From: Candidatus Aenigmatarchaeota archaeon
GTDB taxonomy: Archaea; Aenigmatarchaeota; Aenigmatarchaeia; CG10238-14
DNA: 64,000 nt
Direction of reading: 5' to 3'
NCBI GenBank assembly: GCA_026414305.1
Contig: JAOAJH010000002.1
Coordinates: 39,998 to 103,997, forward strand
In this document: positions 10,081-19,225 of the stretch, in pieces
Layout of the letters: every line of letters starts with the position of its first letter
Position numbering within the stretch: position 1 is the first letter of the stretch
Translations under genes and position numbers: made by a program
The notes under the pieces: generated by a model
Told to the model about the DNA's origin: nothing
The model's database searches: none
The model's input: only the letters and a program-made list of their open reading frames with translations

Positions 10081-11637
10081 CTAACACTTGTATATGATTA
10101 ATATTTCTACATTTTTATCTTTGTATGAATATCGATAGCATTTGTTATCTAAAAATTCTCTAGTCTTATCCTCCAAAAATGAATTTGTTCTGTAGTCGAT
10201 AACATAAAAGTTCTTGTTTCTACTGTAAAATTCAGTAAAATTTGAGTATCTTAAATATATGTCAGACTCGTAAAATTTTATTCCAGATTTGAAAGAAATA
10301 TCATGTGAAGTTATTATTGGTGTGTCATTTTCTATGTTCTTTATCAAATTAGACGATATTTCTATAGATTTATAGAATCTTGGCGTAAATATTGGATTTA
10401 CTGCCTCTATAGAAAAATATATGTTTAAAGATATTATCAGTGCTAAAATGTATACAAAAAACAAATCTTTTTTGAATTTCAATAAAACAAATGAAAGTAA
10501 TGTCAAGATATAAGGTATCGATATAAAAACAATATTATTTCTAATGTCTTTTAAAAAAACTACATCTGTCCTAATTTGTAGAAAATATAAAATTGAAAAT
10601 AATAACAAGCATAAAGCAAATATCTCTGATTTTTTTCTTTTAAAATTAATGTTTTTATTTAGATATACACTAGAAATTATTATTATAAAAGGTATTATTG
10701 GGACAAAATATCTAGTTATACCCAAAATTGCTATATGCGGCAATCCATAAAGAAAAATGAAGATAAAATTATGATCAACGCCTTTTTTGAAAAAATATAA
10801 TGAAGATAAAGCAAATATCAATAAAATTGGTGGCGTAAACTCCCATGTTATTATTCCAAAAAACTCGTAAATTTTCCATAAAATGTTTGTTTGGGTTTTT
10901 TCTGACACATTTTTGAAAATATGATTAATTACTGAATAAAAATAATTTATGTTGTGGTAAATTCCAAATATCAAAAGAGATGTAAAAGTTAAAACAAAAA
11001 CTAAAATTGCAAAATTAAATCCTTCTTTTTGTTTCTTCTTATATATTAAAAAAACGATCAAAGAAACAAACCAGGCTATTGATGTTATTTTTGTTAATAA
11101 TGACAATGTTGTAAAAATTGCTGTTAAAAAATAGTATTTTTTTTCTTTTTTGTCTAACCATTTGATAAAAAAATAAGATGAGGCTAAAATTAAAAATGTT
11201 AGAAATGAACCATCTATATCTATTTGTTGTGAATATTCAACGTGAATCCTATTTATTGAAATTAAGAAAGCTGCTAAAAGACCTATTTCTTTTTTTCCAT
11301 AAGAACTACCAATCAAATATACAAAAATTATGGAAAATATGGAAAATATAACGGTAAAAAATCTTACTATAACTATGTTTGTTCCGAAAAATTTTACTAT
11401 ATTTGAAAGATAAATTATATATAATGGTGGGTGATGATCAAAAACAGTAATTAGATTTTCGCCAATTGATTTTTCGTTGTATGTCAATGTTCCTTTATCA
11501 TTAAAATTTATCACTGCTTCTAAAAATCGGCTCTCGTCCCTTTGATAGTCTTTATTCAAGTTTTGTAATCTTAAAATTGATCCTAAAATTAATATTAAAA
11601 TCAATAGAATTATATGTTTATTTTTTTCTGAAAGCAT
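10081..11637 (-). CDS. GT-C fold membrane glycosyltransferase, PMT/ArnT-like (GT39/GT83 type)
   Basis: About 12 TM helices. The first-loop FDHHPPLYIIYL motif is typical of the ArnT/PMT family. Adjacent to a Dpm1-like GT2, which is the classical donor-synthase/transferase pair. Confidence 0.6.
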   Translation of the reverse strand: MLSEKNKHIILLILILILGSILRLQNLNKDYQRDESRFLEAVINFNDKGTLTYNEKSIGENLITVFDHHPPLYIIYLSNIVKFFGTNIVIVRFFTVIFSIFSIIFVYLIGSSYGKKEIGLLAAFLISINRIHVEYSQQIDIDGSFLTFLILASSYFFIKWLDKKEKKYYFLTAIFTTLSLLTKITSIAWFVSLIVFLIYKKKQKEGFNFAILVFVLTFTSLLIFGIYHNINYFYSVINHIFKNVSEKTQTNILWKIYEFFGIITWEFTPPILLIFALSSLYFFKKGVDHNFIFIFLYGLPHIAILGITRYFVPIIPFIIIISSVYLNKNINFKRKKSEIFALCLLLFSILYFLQIRTDVVFLKDIRNNIVFISIPYILTLLSFVLLKFKKDLFFVYILALIISLNIYFSIEAVNPIFTPRFYKSIEISSNLIKNIENDTPIITSHDISFKSGIKFYESDIYLRYSNFTEFYSRNKNFYVIDYRTNSFLEDKTREFLDNKCYRYSYKDKNVEILIIYKC

Positions 11638-12337
11638 ATTTCATCCTTTTTCTGAGAATCAATGAAATCATTTTAAGACCGAGGATAAAAGATTTTCTAA
11701 AATTTGAAGTTATTTTTGATTCACCCTTTCTTTTTCCATAATAGACAGGTATTTCTACTATTTTTAAATTGTTACACATTGCTTCTATTATCATTTCTGG
11801 GGAAAAATGGTTTCCACCAACTTCAAACTTTTTTATTATTTTTTTCAAAGATCTTGATTTTATTGCCCTGTAGGTGCAACCAACATCTGTCAGTCTGACT
11901 TCATGTTCATAGAAAAGCAACTCTATCATTTTTGCAAGAAATATGTTTCCCAATCTTAAAAACCATCCCATTTTTGCACCTGGTTTTACAAGTTGTTTGC
12001 ATGTTCTAGTGCCTAATACCATATCAAAATCGTCCAAATAAGGCAGAAATTTATATACGTCCTTTGAAAAAAAGGTTTGATCTGGCTCAACCAAAAATAT
12101 AATGTCGCTAGTAGCTTCACTTAAACCTCTTCTGCATGCATAACCATAACCCTGATGGAGTTCTTTTACTACTTTTGCACCCGCTCTTTCAGCAATTTCA
12201 GCAGTACCGTCAGTTGAATTGTTATCAACAACTATTATTTCTGTCACTTCTGGTATATTCTTGAAGTCTAAAATAGCCTTTTCTATATTTTTAGCCTCAT
12301 TAAATGCGGGCATCACAATTGATATAGTCTGAGACAC
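11618..12337 (-). CDS. GT2 glycosyltransferase, dolichyl-phosphate mannose/glucose synthase (Dpm1)-like
   Basis: ISIVMPAFNEAKNIEKAI...VVDNNSTDGTAEIAER with a DxD region. Small cytoplasmic GT2. Confidence 0.8.
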   Translation of the reverse strand: MSQTISIVMPAFNEAKNIEKAILDFKNIPEVTEIIVVDNNSTDGTAEIAERAGAKVVKELHQGYGYACRRGLSEATSDIIFLVEPDQTFFSKDVYKFLPYLDDFDMVLGTRTCKQLVKPGAKMGWFLRLGNIFLAKMIELLFYEHEVRLTDVGCTYRAIKSRSLKKIIKKFEVGGNHFSPEMIIEAMCNNLKIVEIPVYYGKRKGESKITSNFRKSFILGLKMISLILRKRMKYAFRKK

Positions 12338-12375
12338 GAAATATAGTTTTATTTTTATAGTTTAATATTTAATCA

Positions 12376-13305
12376 ATGCTCGTATCAATAATAATTCCTG
12401 CCTACAACGAGGAAAGTGACATAAAAGATGTTTTGGAGTCGATAAAAAAGCAAAATTACCCAAAAGAAAACATTGAAACCATTGTAATAGATGACAAGTC
12501 TACAGACAGAACAGCCGAAATAGCTAGAAATTATGATGTAAAAGTTATAAAAGGTCAGCATAAGGGCGTGGGTGCAGCTAGAAATTTGGGAATAAAAAAA
12601 TCTAAGGGTGAAATAATATTATTTGTAGATGCTGACCAGGTTTTAGATAAAAATTATGTTAAAGAAATAACAAAACCTTTCAAGGATAAAAATGTAGGTG
12701 GCGTCACAGGCCTTGAGCTTTTGTGGAACAACAAAAATATAATTGCTAAATTATCGTATTTGAAAAAAAGACTAGGATACGAAACATCTTCATTAGTTCC
12801 TTTGGGTGCAGTTAGAAAAAAAATAATTCAAGAGGTTGGATATATTGATCCAAAATTTGGAATGTATGATGATTGGGAATTTGCTAAAAGGGTTTCAGAA
12901 AAATATAAAATAGTTAGAAATAGAAAGGCTATATTTTATCACAAAGAGCCAACAAATATTAAAAAAATTTACAGGCAGTGTAGATGGACAGCTAAATCCA
13001 CTTTGATGCTTTATTCAAAAAAAGAATTTCAAAAAGCTTTGAGAAATTCAATATTCGTACTAATTAACGGACTATTGCCTCTTTATATAATTTTCCTATT
13101 TTCAAAAAACATGATCTCAGTTTTTGGTTTCATCGGTATAATATTGTTTCTAACTCTTGAATTTTGGAGAAGTTATCAAATTTTCAAAATAACAAAATGG
13201 AAGGTTGCTTGGCTGACCCCATTTTATGATGCTATATACATGATGATTGTTTTAATTGGTATACTGGATATTTTGATTAAAAGAGATTTTAATTTCGGTG
13301 TTTGA
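12376..13305 (+). CDS. GT2 glycosyltransferase with a C-terminal membrane anchor
   Basis: VSIIIPAYNEESDIKDVLESIKKQNYP...VIDDKSTDRT, a DAD motif, and C-terminal TM helices. Confidence 0.85.
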   Translation: MLVSIIIPAYNEESDIKDVLESIKKQNYPKENIETIVIDDKSTDRTAEIARNYDVKVIKGQHKGVGAARNLGIKKSKGEIILFVDADQVLDKNYVKEITKPFKDKNVGGVTGLELLWNNKNIIAKLSYLKKRLGYETSSLVPLGAVRKKIIQEVGYIDPKFGMYDDWEFAKRVSEKYKIVRNRKAIFYHKEPTNIKKIYRQCRWTAKSTLMLYSKKEFQKALRNSIFVLINGLLPLYIIFLFSKNMISVFGFIGIILFLTLEFWRSYQIFKITKWKVAWLTPFYDAIYMMIVLIGILDILIKRDFNFGV

Positions 13306-14072
13306 TTTATATAATCATCATTCATATAATTATTTCAATGATGGAAAGAATCAAAAGAATAATTAAATCAATTTTTGTTTTCAAAAATTGGCCCTTGTAT
13401 TTTACAGAAAAATTTTCAAAAAATAGTTATAGCATTTTTGACACAAGAAAAGGAGTAAAAATAAAAACAAGAAGAGAGACGGCAGATAAAGGAATTATAT
13501 TGGAAATATTTTTTGACAAAACTTATAATCCAAATGATTTTGAAATTAAAGATGGTGACACTGTAATAGATATAGGGGGTCACATAGGAGTTTTTTCACT
13601 TTATGCATCCACATTCACTAGAAACAAGATAATTTGTTTTGAACCTATAAAAGAAAATTTTAATCTATTAAATGAAAACATTAGAATTAACAACAAAAAA
13701 AACATAAAGGCATATAATCTTGCGGTGTGCAATCAAAAAAAGCTGAAAATATTCTTGAATGAAAATAATACAGGTGGTCATTCATATTTTGATAAAACTG
13801 AAAAATATGAAATTGTGAATTGTATAACATTAGAAGAAATTTTTAAAAATGAGAATATTGAAAGATGTAATTTTCTAAAAATTGATTGTGAAGGTTGTGA
13901 GCACAATATAATTCTTAATACACCCTATTACATATTTGACAAAATTGATAAAATATGTATAGAATATCATGATTTCAAAAATTACAAGAAAGAAATAATA
14001 AACTTTTTAAGAAGAATGTCATTTAATATAAAAACAAAAGGTATTTTGATATATGCAAATAAATCAAAATAA
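13302..14072 (+). CDS. FkbM-family methyltransferase
   Basis: DGDTVIDIGGHIGVFSLYAS...CFEPIKENFNLLNENI, typical of FkbM. Confidence 0.75.
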   Translation: MIYIIIIHIIISMMERIKRIIKSIFVFKNWPLYFTEKFSKNSYSIFDTRKGVKIKTRRETADKGIILEIFFDKTYNPNDFEIKDGDTVIDIGGHIGVFSLYASTFTRNKIICFEPIKENFNLLNENIRINNKKNIKAYNLAVCNQKKLKIFLNENNTGGHSYFDKTEKYEIVNCITLEEIFKNENIERCNFLKIDCEGCEHNIILNTPYYIFDKIDKICIEYHDFKNYKKEIINFLRRMSFNIKTKGILIYANKSK

Positions 14073-15104
14073 TCTTTGAAAAATTTGATTAAATGTTTCG
14101 TAACTTTTTTTATATGAGTATTTTTTGCTATTTTTTATACAATAATTTCTTATTTTATTAAAATCGGCACTAATGATATATTTGAGTTCTTCTGGTTGTT
14201 TTAATATAAATCCGTTTACACCATTTTCTATTAGCTCCTTTGGTCCAGGTGCATAATAACTTCCTATTACAGGTAATCCTGAAGCTAACGCTTCAACAAA
14301 AACTCTCCCAAATGATTCATCTGAACTTAAATTAATGAACGCGTCAGAAAATTGAAATATTTTCTGAATATCTTTTTTATTCATAAAACCTTTAAATTCG
14401 TAATCCATAAAGTCCAATTTTTTAATCAAATAATTATAGTAATTCTTATTTTCAATATTTCCAATTATAATCAGTTTTACACTATTTTTTATCGGCTTCA
14501 ACCCATATATTATTTTTTCAATTTGTTTTTCGGGAGATATTCTTCCAACAAAAACCAAAGTAAACTTGGTGTGTTTTAATGGTTTTACTGGTCGTAAGTT
14601 TGATCCATAAAAAAATCTATGTGTTTTATTTTTACCAACAAATATATTAATTTTCCTTGCCTCAAAAGTTGTATCAGCGATTAACAAATCAAACAATTTT
14701 GTATAAATTTTATAGTATAGTTTTTTAAAAAAATTATGATTTTCGATTTTAAAAATGCCATGAAAATGATGAACTATTTTAGTTTTGGGGTAAAAAACTT
14801 TTGTTATTAGGGCAATAAAAAATTCTTTAACACCTTGTATATTTATATATAAAACTTTGGACCTAGAAATTAAATTAATGAAATTAATGAAATTAATGAA
14901 ATTTCTTTTTTTAATTATTATTCTAGATTTTTCAATATTTTTATCAAAATTATGAAAATAAAAAAACAATGGCTTGATTGATTTTTCTTTGCAATACTTA
15001 ATTATTGAATACCTTAATGCGTCTTGATCCATCTCGAGAATCTGATTTAAAGACCTCTTGTTTCTTTCATCAATATAAAATAGAAAATTATCTGACATAA
15101 TCAA
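14064..15104 (-). CDS. Glycosyltransferase family 1
   Basis: EALASGLPVIGSYYAPGPKELIENGVNGFIL GT1 C-terminal signature. Confidence 0.75.
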   Translation of the reverse strand: MIMSDNFLFYIDERNKRSLNQILEMDQDALRYSIIKYCKEKSIKPLFFYFHNFDKNIEKSRIIIKKRNFINFINFINLISRSKVLYINIQGVKEFFIALITKVFYPKTKIVHHFHGIFKIENHNFFKKLYYKIYTKLFDLLIADTTFEARKINIFVGKNKTHRFFYGSNLRPVKPLKHTKFTLVFVGRISPEKQIEKIIYGLKPIKNSVKLIIIGNIENKNYYNYLIKKLDFMDYEFKGFMNKKDIQKIFQFSDAFINLSSDESFGRVFVEALASGLPVIGSYYAPGPKELIENGVNGFILKQPEELKYIISADFNKIRNYCIKNSKKYSYKKSYETFNQIFQRLF

Positions 15105-15144
15105 TACTATACTAAATTAAATTTTAAAGTTTTATTTATTATAT

Positions 15145-16338
15145 ATGAAAATATTGCTATCAAATCAATTTTTTTATAATGTTGGCGGTACTGAAACAAT
15201 GTTTTTCAAATTATTGAATTTTTTAAAGAAAGAAGGTCATGAATTGACTGTAATTACAGTAAAATCTAAAAATAATCTCAACATAAATGGAATAAAGATT
15301 TACTATGTAAAAAGTTATGTACAGCAAAATAGATTTATGTCTCCTTTGAACAGAATATTCAATTATAATTCATACAAAATAACCAAAAAAATAATTGAAA
15401 TGGAAAAACCTGATATAGCTCATTTTTACAATACAAGCTTGATATCACCAAGTCCTATTTTAGCTTGCCTAAAAAATAAAATACCAACAATAAAAACATT
15501 CAATGATTATGAGCATTTATGTCCCGACAGCAGCAAAACAAAATGGTCAAAGTTTTGTGATAAAGAAATGGGCATTTTCAACTGCTTAAAATGCGATAGA
15601 AGAAACGTCAATCCTAGTTTGCTGACAGTGCTATACTATAATACAATAATAAAAAATTTTGAATTGTCTATTTTTAGAAAAACTATAAATGTTTCTATCT
15701 GTGAAACAATTAAGAAAGTTTTGGATCAGTCAAAAATTGACTCGAGAGTAATATACCAAAGTATATATTTGCCGAAAAATATTCCAAAGTTAAAATATAC
15801 AGCAAATATTCTTTATGCTGGAAGGCTTTCAAAAGAAAAGGGTGTGAATTATTTAATAGAAGCTTTCAGTCATTTAAAAAATAAAAATGCAAAACTTTTG
15901 ATAGCTGGTGATGGTCCTGAAAGAAAAAAATTAGAAAATATTGCAAAAAATTATGGTTTATCGCAACGCATAAAATTTCTTGGTTTTGTTGATAAAACTA
16001 CATTGCAAAATTTATATGAAGATATTGACTTTATTGTTTTACCATCAGTTTGGCAGGAACCCTTTGGATTGACAGGTTTAGAAGCAATGTCTTATGGCAG
16101 GCCAGTTATTGCATTTAATGTCGGTGGTATAAGTGAATATGTATCAAATAATGAGAATGGATTTCTGGTTGATGTTTTTGATGTTAAATCATTAGCTGAA
16201 AAAATGGAAACATTATTAAGTGATAAAGATTTGCTTCTAAAATTTTCAAAGAATTCAATAGAAACTTCTAAAAAATTTTCAGATGAAATATTTTACAAAA
16301 GAATCAAAGATTTATACAGAGATGTATTAAATGATTAA
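15145..16338 (+). CDS. Glycosyltransferase family 1 (GT4-type)
   Basis: EPFGLTGLEAMSYGRPVIAFNVGGISEYVSNNENGFLV. Confidence 0.85.
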   Translation: MKILLSNQFFYNVGGTETMFFKLLNFLKKEGHELTVITVKSKNNLNINGIKIYYVKSYVQQNRFMSPLNRIFNYNSYKITKKIIEMEKPDIAHFYNTSLISPSPILACLKNKIPTIKTFNDYEHLCPDSSKTKWSKFCDKEMGIFNCLKCDRRNVNPSLLTVLYYNTIIKNFELSIFRKTINVSICETIKKVLDQSKIDSRVIYQSIYLPKNIPKLKYTANILYAGRLSKEKGVNYLIEAFSHLKNKNAKLLIAGDGPERKKLENIAKNYGLSQRIKFLGFVDKTTLQNLYEDIDFIVLPSVWQEPFGLTGLEAMSYGRPVIAFNVGGISEYVSNNENGFLVDVFDVKSLAEKMETLLSDKDLLLKFSKNSIETSKKFSDEIFYKRIKDLYRDVLND

Positions 16339-17458
16339 AAAATATTATTTTTTTATTGGCATATTCATTTTATTAACATTTCTACTGTTTAATTTCATAA
16401 CTGAAAGAGAAAAGAATTATTTTTCTGTAGATGAAAAAGTTCATATAAATAACTCAAAATATGTTTTTGAAAATAGTTTCTTCGTAAAAAATCCATTAAA
16501 ATATATTGATTTCCCTGCGCCGACTACACCTTTAGCTAACATATTTTTTGGTTTTTTTATTATATTTAGTGACAATTTGATTTTTTTGCGATTTGTTAAT
16601 TTGATAGTTGCAATTTTATGTATATTTGTATTTCAAAAAATACTCGAATTGAAAAAAATAAAAGATAAATACAAAGTTTTATCTTTTGTAGTCTTTCCTT
16701 ACTTTGTTATTTTGTCGCAACTTGTAATGACTGATATTTTTGGTTTGTTTATGTGTTTGATATCTGTTTATTTTTTTGAATTGTACAAAAAAACATATAA
16801 CAAAAAAGATTTGGTTTTTTCATCAATTTTCGCAACTTTGGCATTTTTTTCAAGACAGTATTATATATTTGTTTCAATATCACAAGGAATTTCTTTGTTT
16901 TTTAAAAAAAAGGATCATTTAATTTTATATTTTATTTTTTTAATCCCAATTTTTTTATATATATACCTACAAAAAGGTTTTACACCAATAGATTACAGAG
17001 ATTCTTACAATATAGAAATTATTCCAATTAAATTGTATATAATATCATCAATAGGTTTTTATTTTCTTCCACAAATATTCTCTTTAAAAATAAGGTGGAC
17101 CTGGATTTTTGCTTTTGTATTTACATTTATTCTATTTAAGACAAATTTATTCATAAATCAATGTAGTGGTATAAGCTGTAGATTGTGGAATTATGAAATA
17201 ATTTCTATTATTTTAACTTCTTTGGGTTTTATTTTAATTATAGATTTTTTGAAAAACACTAAAGATTTTACAATGATTCTATACTCTTTAACATTCATTG
17301 TAGAGCAATTTTTCAATTCGATGCCATATGATAGGTATTTTCTAAGTATATACTGGTTGTTTTTGCTACACTCCAAAAAAGAAACTTCAAAAATTCAATT
17401 TTTCTATACTTTGTTTATAACAATAATTTACATTTTCTATAAGGTTGTTTTAACCTGA
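16331..17458 (+). CDS. Polytopic membrane protein (375 aa). Possible GT-C/polymerase-like component of the glycan pathway.
   Basis: About 10 hydrophobic helices and no soluble catalytic motif recognised. Its position in the island is the main evidence. Confidence 0.45.
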   Translation: MIKKYYFFIGIFILLTFLLFNFITEREKNYFSVDEKVHINNSKYVFENSFFVKNPLKYIDFPAPTTPLANIFFGFFIIFSDNLIFLRFVNLIVAILCIFVFQKILELKKIKDKYKVLSFVVFPYFVILSQLVMTDIFGLFMCLISVYFFELYKKTYNKKDLVFSSIFATLAFFSRQYYIFVSISQGISLFFKKKDHLILYFIFLIPIFLYIYLQKGFTPIDYRDSYNIEIIPIKLYIISSIGFYFLPQIFSLKIRWTWIFAFVFTFILFKTNLFINQCSGISCRLWNYEIISIILTSLGFILIIDFLKNTKDFTMILYSLTFIVEQFFNSMPYDRYFLSIYWLFLLHSKKETSKIQFFYTLFITIIYIFYKVVLT

Positions 17459-19135
17459 AACCAGTTTTTCTGCTGGAATTATTGTCTGATTTTCATAATT
17501 TATCTTGTATATAATTACGCCATCACATCCACCTTGTTGATAACACACATCCAAGCTTAAACCGGTTTCATAAACTTTAACAAAGGCATCTGGATTTGCC
17601 TCTAAAAATCTAACAAAACTTATAGGATGTCTTTCACTTAGTTTAGCATCATCCCATGATATCATTGCTTTTTGAATAAACAAATAATCAGCTTCTTGTA
17701 TTTTTAATACTGACAAAGCAAGAGTTTTATTTTGACTTAAAACAACATCAGGTCCGCCTGCAGCTATGTTTCTATCACAGTTATAACCAGCAGCTGGCAT
17801 ATAAATAATTGCGCCAAATCTTGAATCCTTTTCTGTATTCTTTTTCACCCATTCGCATGCTTGCAAAAATGCTGGTGAGAATTTTTTCACTTGATCCATT
17901 ATCTGCAATTTTTGACTAAAATTGATGTAAGAAAAAACTATGACAAAAATAAAAAACAGTATTGTTAATATTTTGACGTTTTTTTCAATGAATTTGTATA
18001 AAAGATCAGAATAAACAGCTGCTATCAATGCAACAACAGGTGATAGTGGTAAAAGCCATCTAGCTGTATCTTCAGCCCTCGAATTAAATGCAATATAATA
18101 TATTGGAATAAAAGAAACTATAGTGAGTATAATAAGTATTTTTTCTTTGCCACCAGATTGAATGAAATAAAATATTCCTAAAAACATCAACAAAGGAAGA
18201 AACCACAGTATACCATATGCAAAACTTAGATAAACACTCAAACCCAATTTAAATGGTGTTAATTCTGTTCCTGCTTGAACCGTTCTACCCTCATATGAAA
18301 ATTTATGATCATATTTTATTTTTTCTAAACTGCACTTTTCCATTGAAAAGAATGGAACAAAAGCCGAGCATATTGGTGTCTCATAAAGCATGATGTTTCT
18401 TATGAAAAAGCCAGACACAACTATAGTTGTTATCAAAAAAATTGGGAAAAACAAACTGAATGATTTTTTGAAATTGTTTTGTATGAGGTCATACAAAAAG
18501 AACAATATAAAAACGCTTGGTATCATGGCATACCCTGATGTTTTACCCAAAATCAATAGACCAGCAAAAATACCTGTGAGCAAAACATTTTTTTTATCTC
18601 TGTGTTGTACTGCTAATATAAAGAAAAGTAAAAACAATGTAAAATAAAATGTCATCATTGCATCTTTGTAATTCAAAACAGAATATGTTACCATTGATGG
18701 AATTGTGACAGCTATTATTGCTGTGACGAATGCTATTGTCTTGTTGTTAAATATTTTTTTACCAAGAAAATAAGATGCAAAACCGACGCATATTGTTCCT
18801 ATAAAAGGCGGTAAAATTTTTATAACAACGTCTGATCTGAAAATCATGAACAAACTTGCCCCTATCAAATGCCATAAGGGATTGTCAGAAACCCCTCCTT
18901 CAGAAAGAGGGTTGCTATAGTATGGATGCCACTTTGGATAGTCTATGTTAGTTCCTATATATCTTTGAAGCATTCCATGGTAGCCTTCATCACCAAAAGC
19001 TATTGGGTTGTTTAACGTAACTCTTAACTGAAGGATAAAAAACAACACTAATGCAAATGATAAAACAAGTATTTCTGGGTTTTTTATTTCGAATTCCACT
19101 TCTTTGTCTTTTTCTTTGCTTTGTTTTTTTGACAT
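17450..19135 (-). CDS. Large polytopic membrane protein with a C-terminal soluble domain (561 aa). GT-C-like candidate.
   Basis: About 13 TM helices followed by a ~150 aa soluble C-terminal domain. This architecture is reminiscent of STT3/ArnT-type enzymes, but no diagnostic motif was recognised. Confidence 0.45.
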   Translation of the reverse strand: MSKKQSKEKDKEVEFEIKNPEILVLSFALVLFFILQLRVTLNNPIAFGDEGYHGMLQRYIGTNIDYPKWHPYYSNPLSEGGVSDNPLWHLIGASLFMIFRSDVVIKILPPFIGTICVGFASYFLGKKIFNNKTIAFVTAIIAVTIPSMVTYSVLNYKDAMMTFYFTLFLLFFILAVQHRDKKNVLLTGIFAGLLILGKTSGYAMIPSVFILFFLYDLIQNNFKKSFSLFFPIFLITTIVVSGFFIRNIMLYETPICSAFVPFFSMEKCSLEKIKYDHKFSYEGRTVQAGTELTPFKLGLSVYLSFAYGILWFLPLLMFLGIFYFIQSGGKEKILIILTIVSFIPIYYIAFNSRAEDTARWLLPLSPVVALIAAVYSDLLYKFIEKNVKILTILFFIFVIVFSYINFSQKLQIMDQVKKFSPAFLQACEWVKKNTEKDSRFGAIIYMPAAGYNCDRNIAAGGPDVVLSQNKTLALSVLKIQEADYLFIQKAMISWDDAKLSERHPISFVRFLEANPDAFVKVYETGLSLDVCYQQGGCDGVIIYKINYENQTIIPAEKLVSG

Positions 19136-19225
19136 AAAATCATTTCAAAATTATTTTTATTAAAGATTATTTAAAGATAAAAATTTGTTTATTAATAATT
19201 GTGCTGAAAGTAACAAATTTAAACG

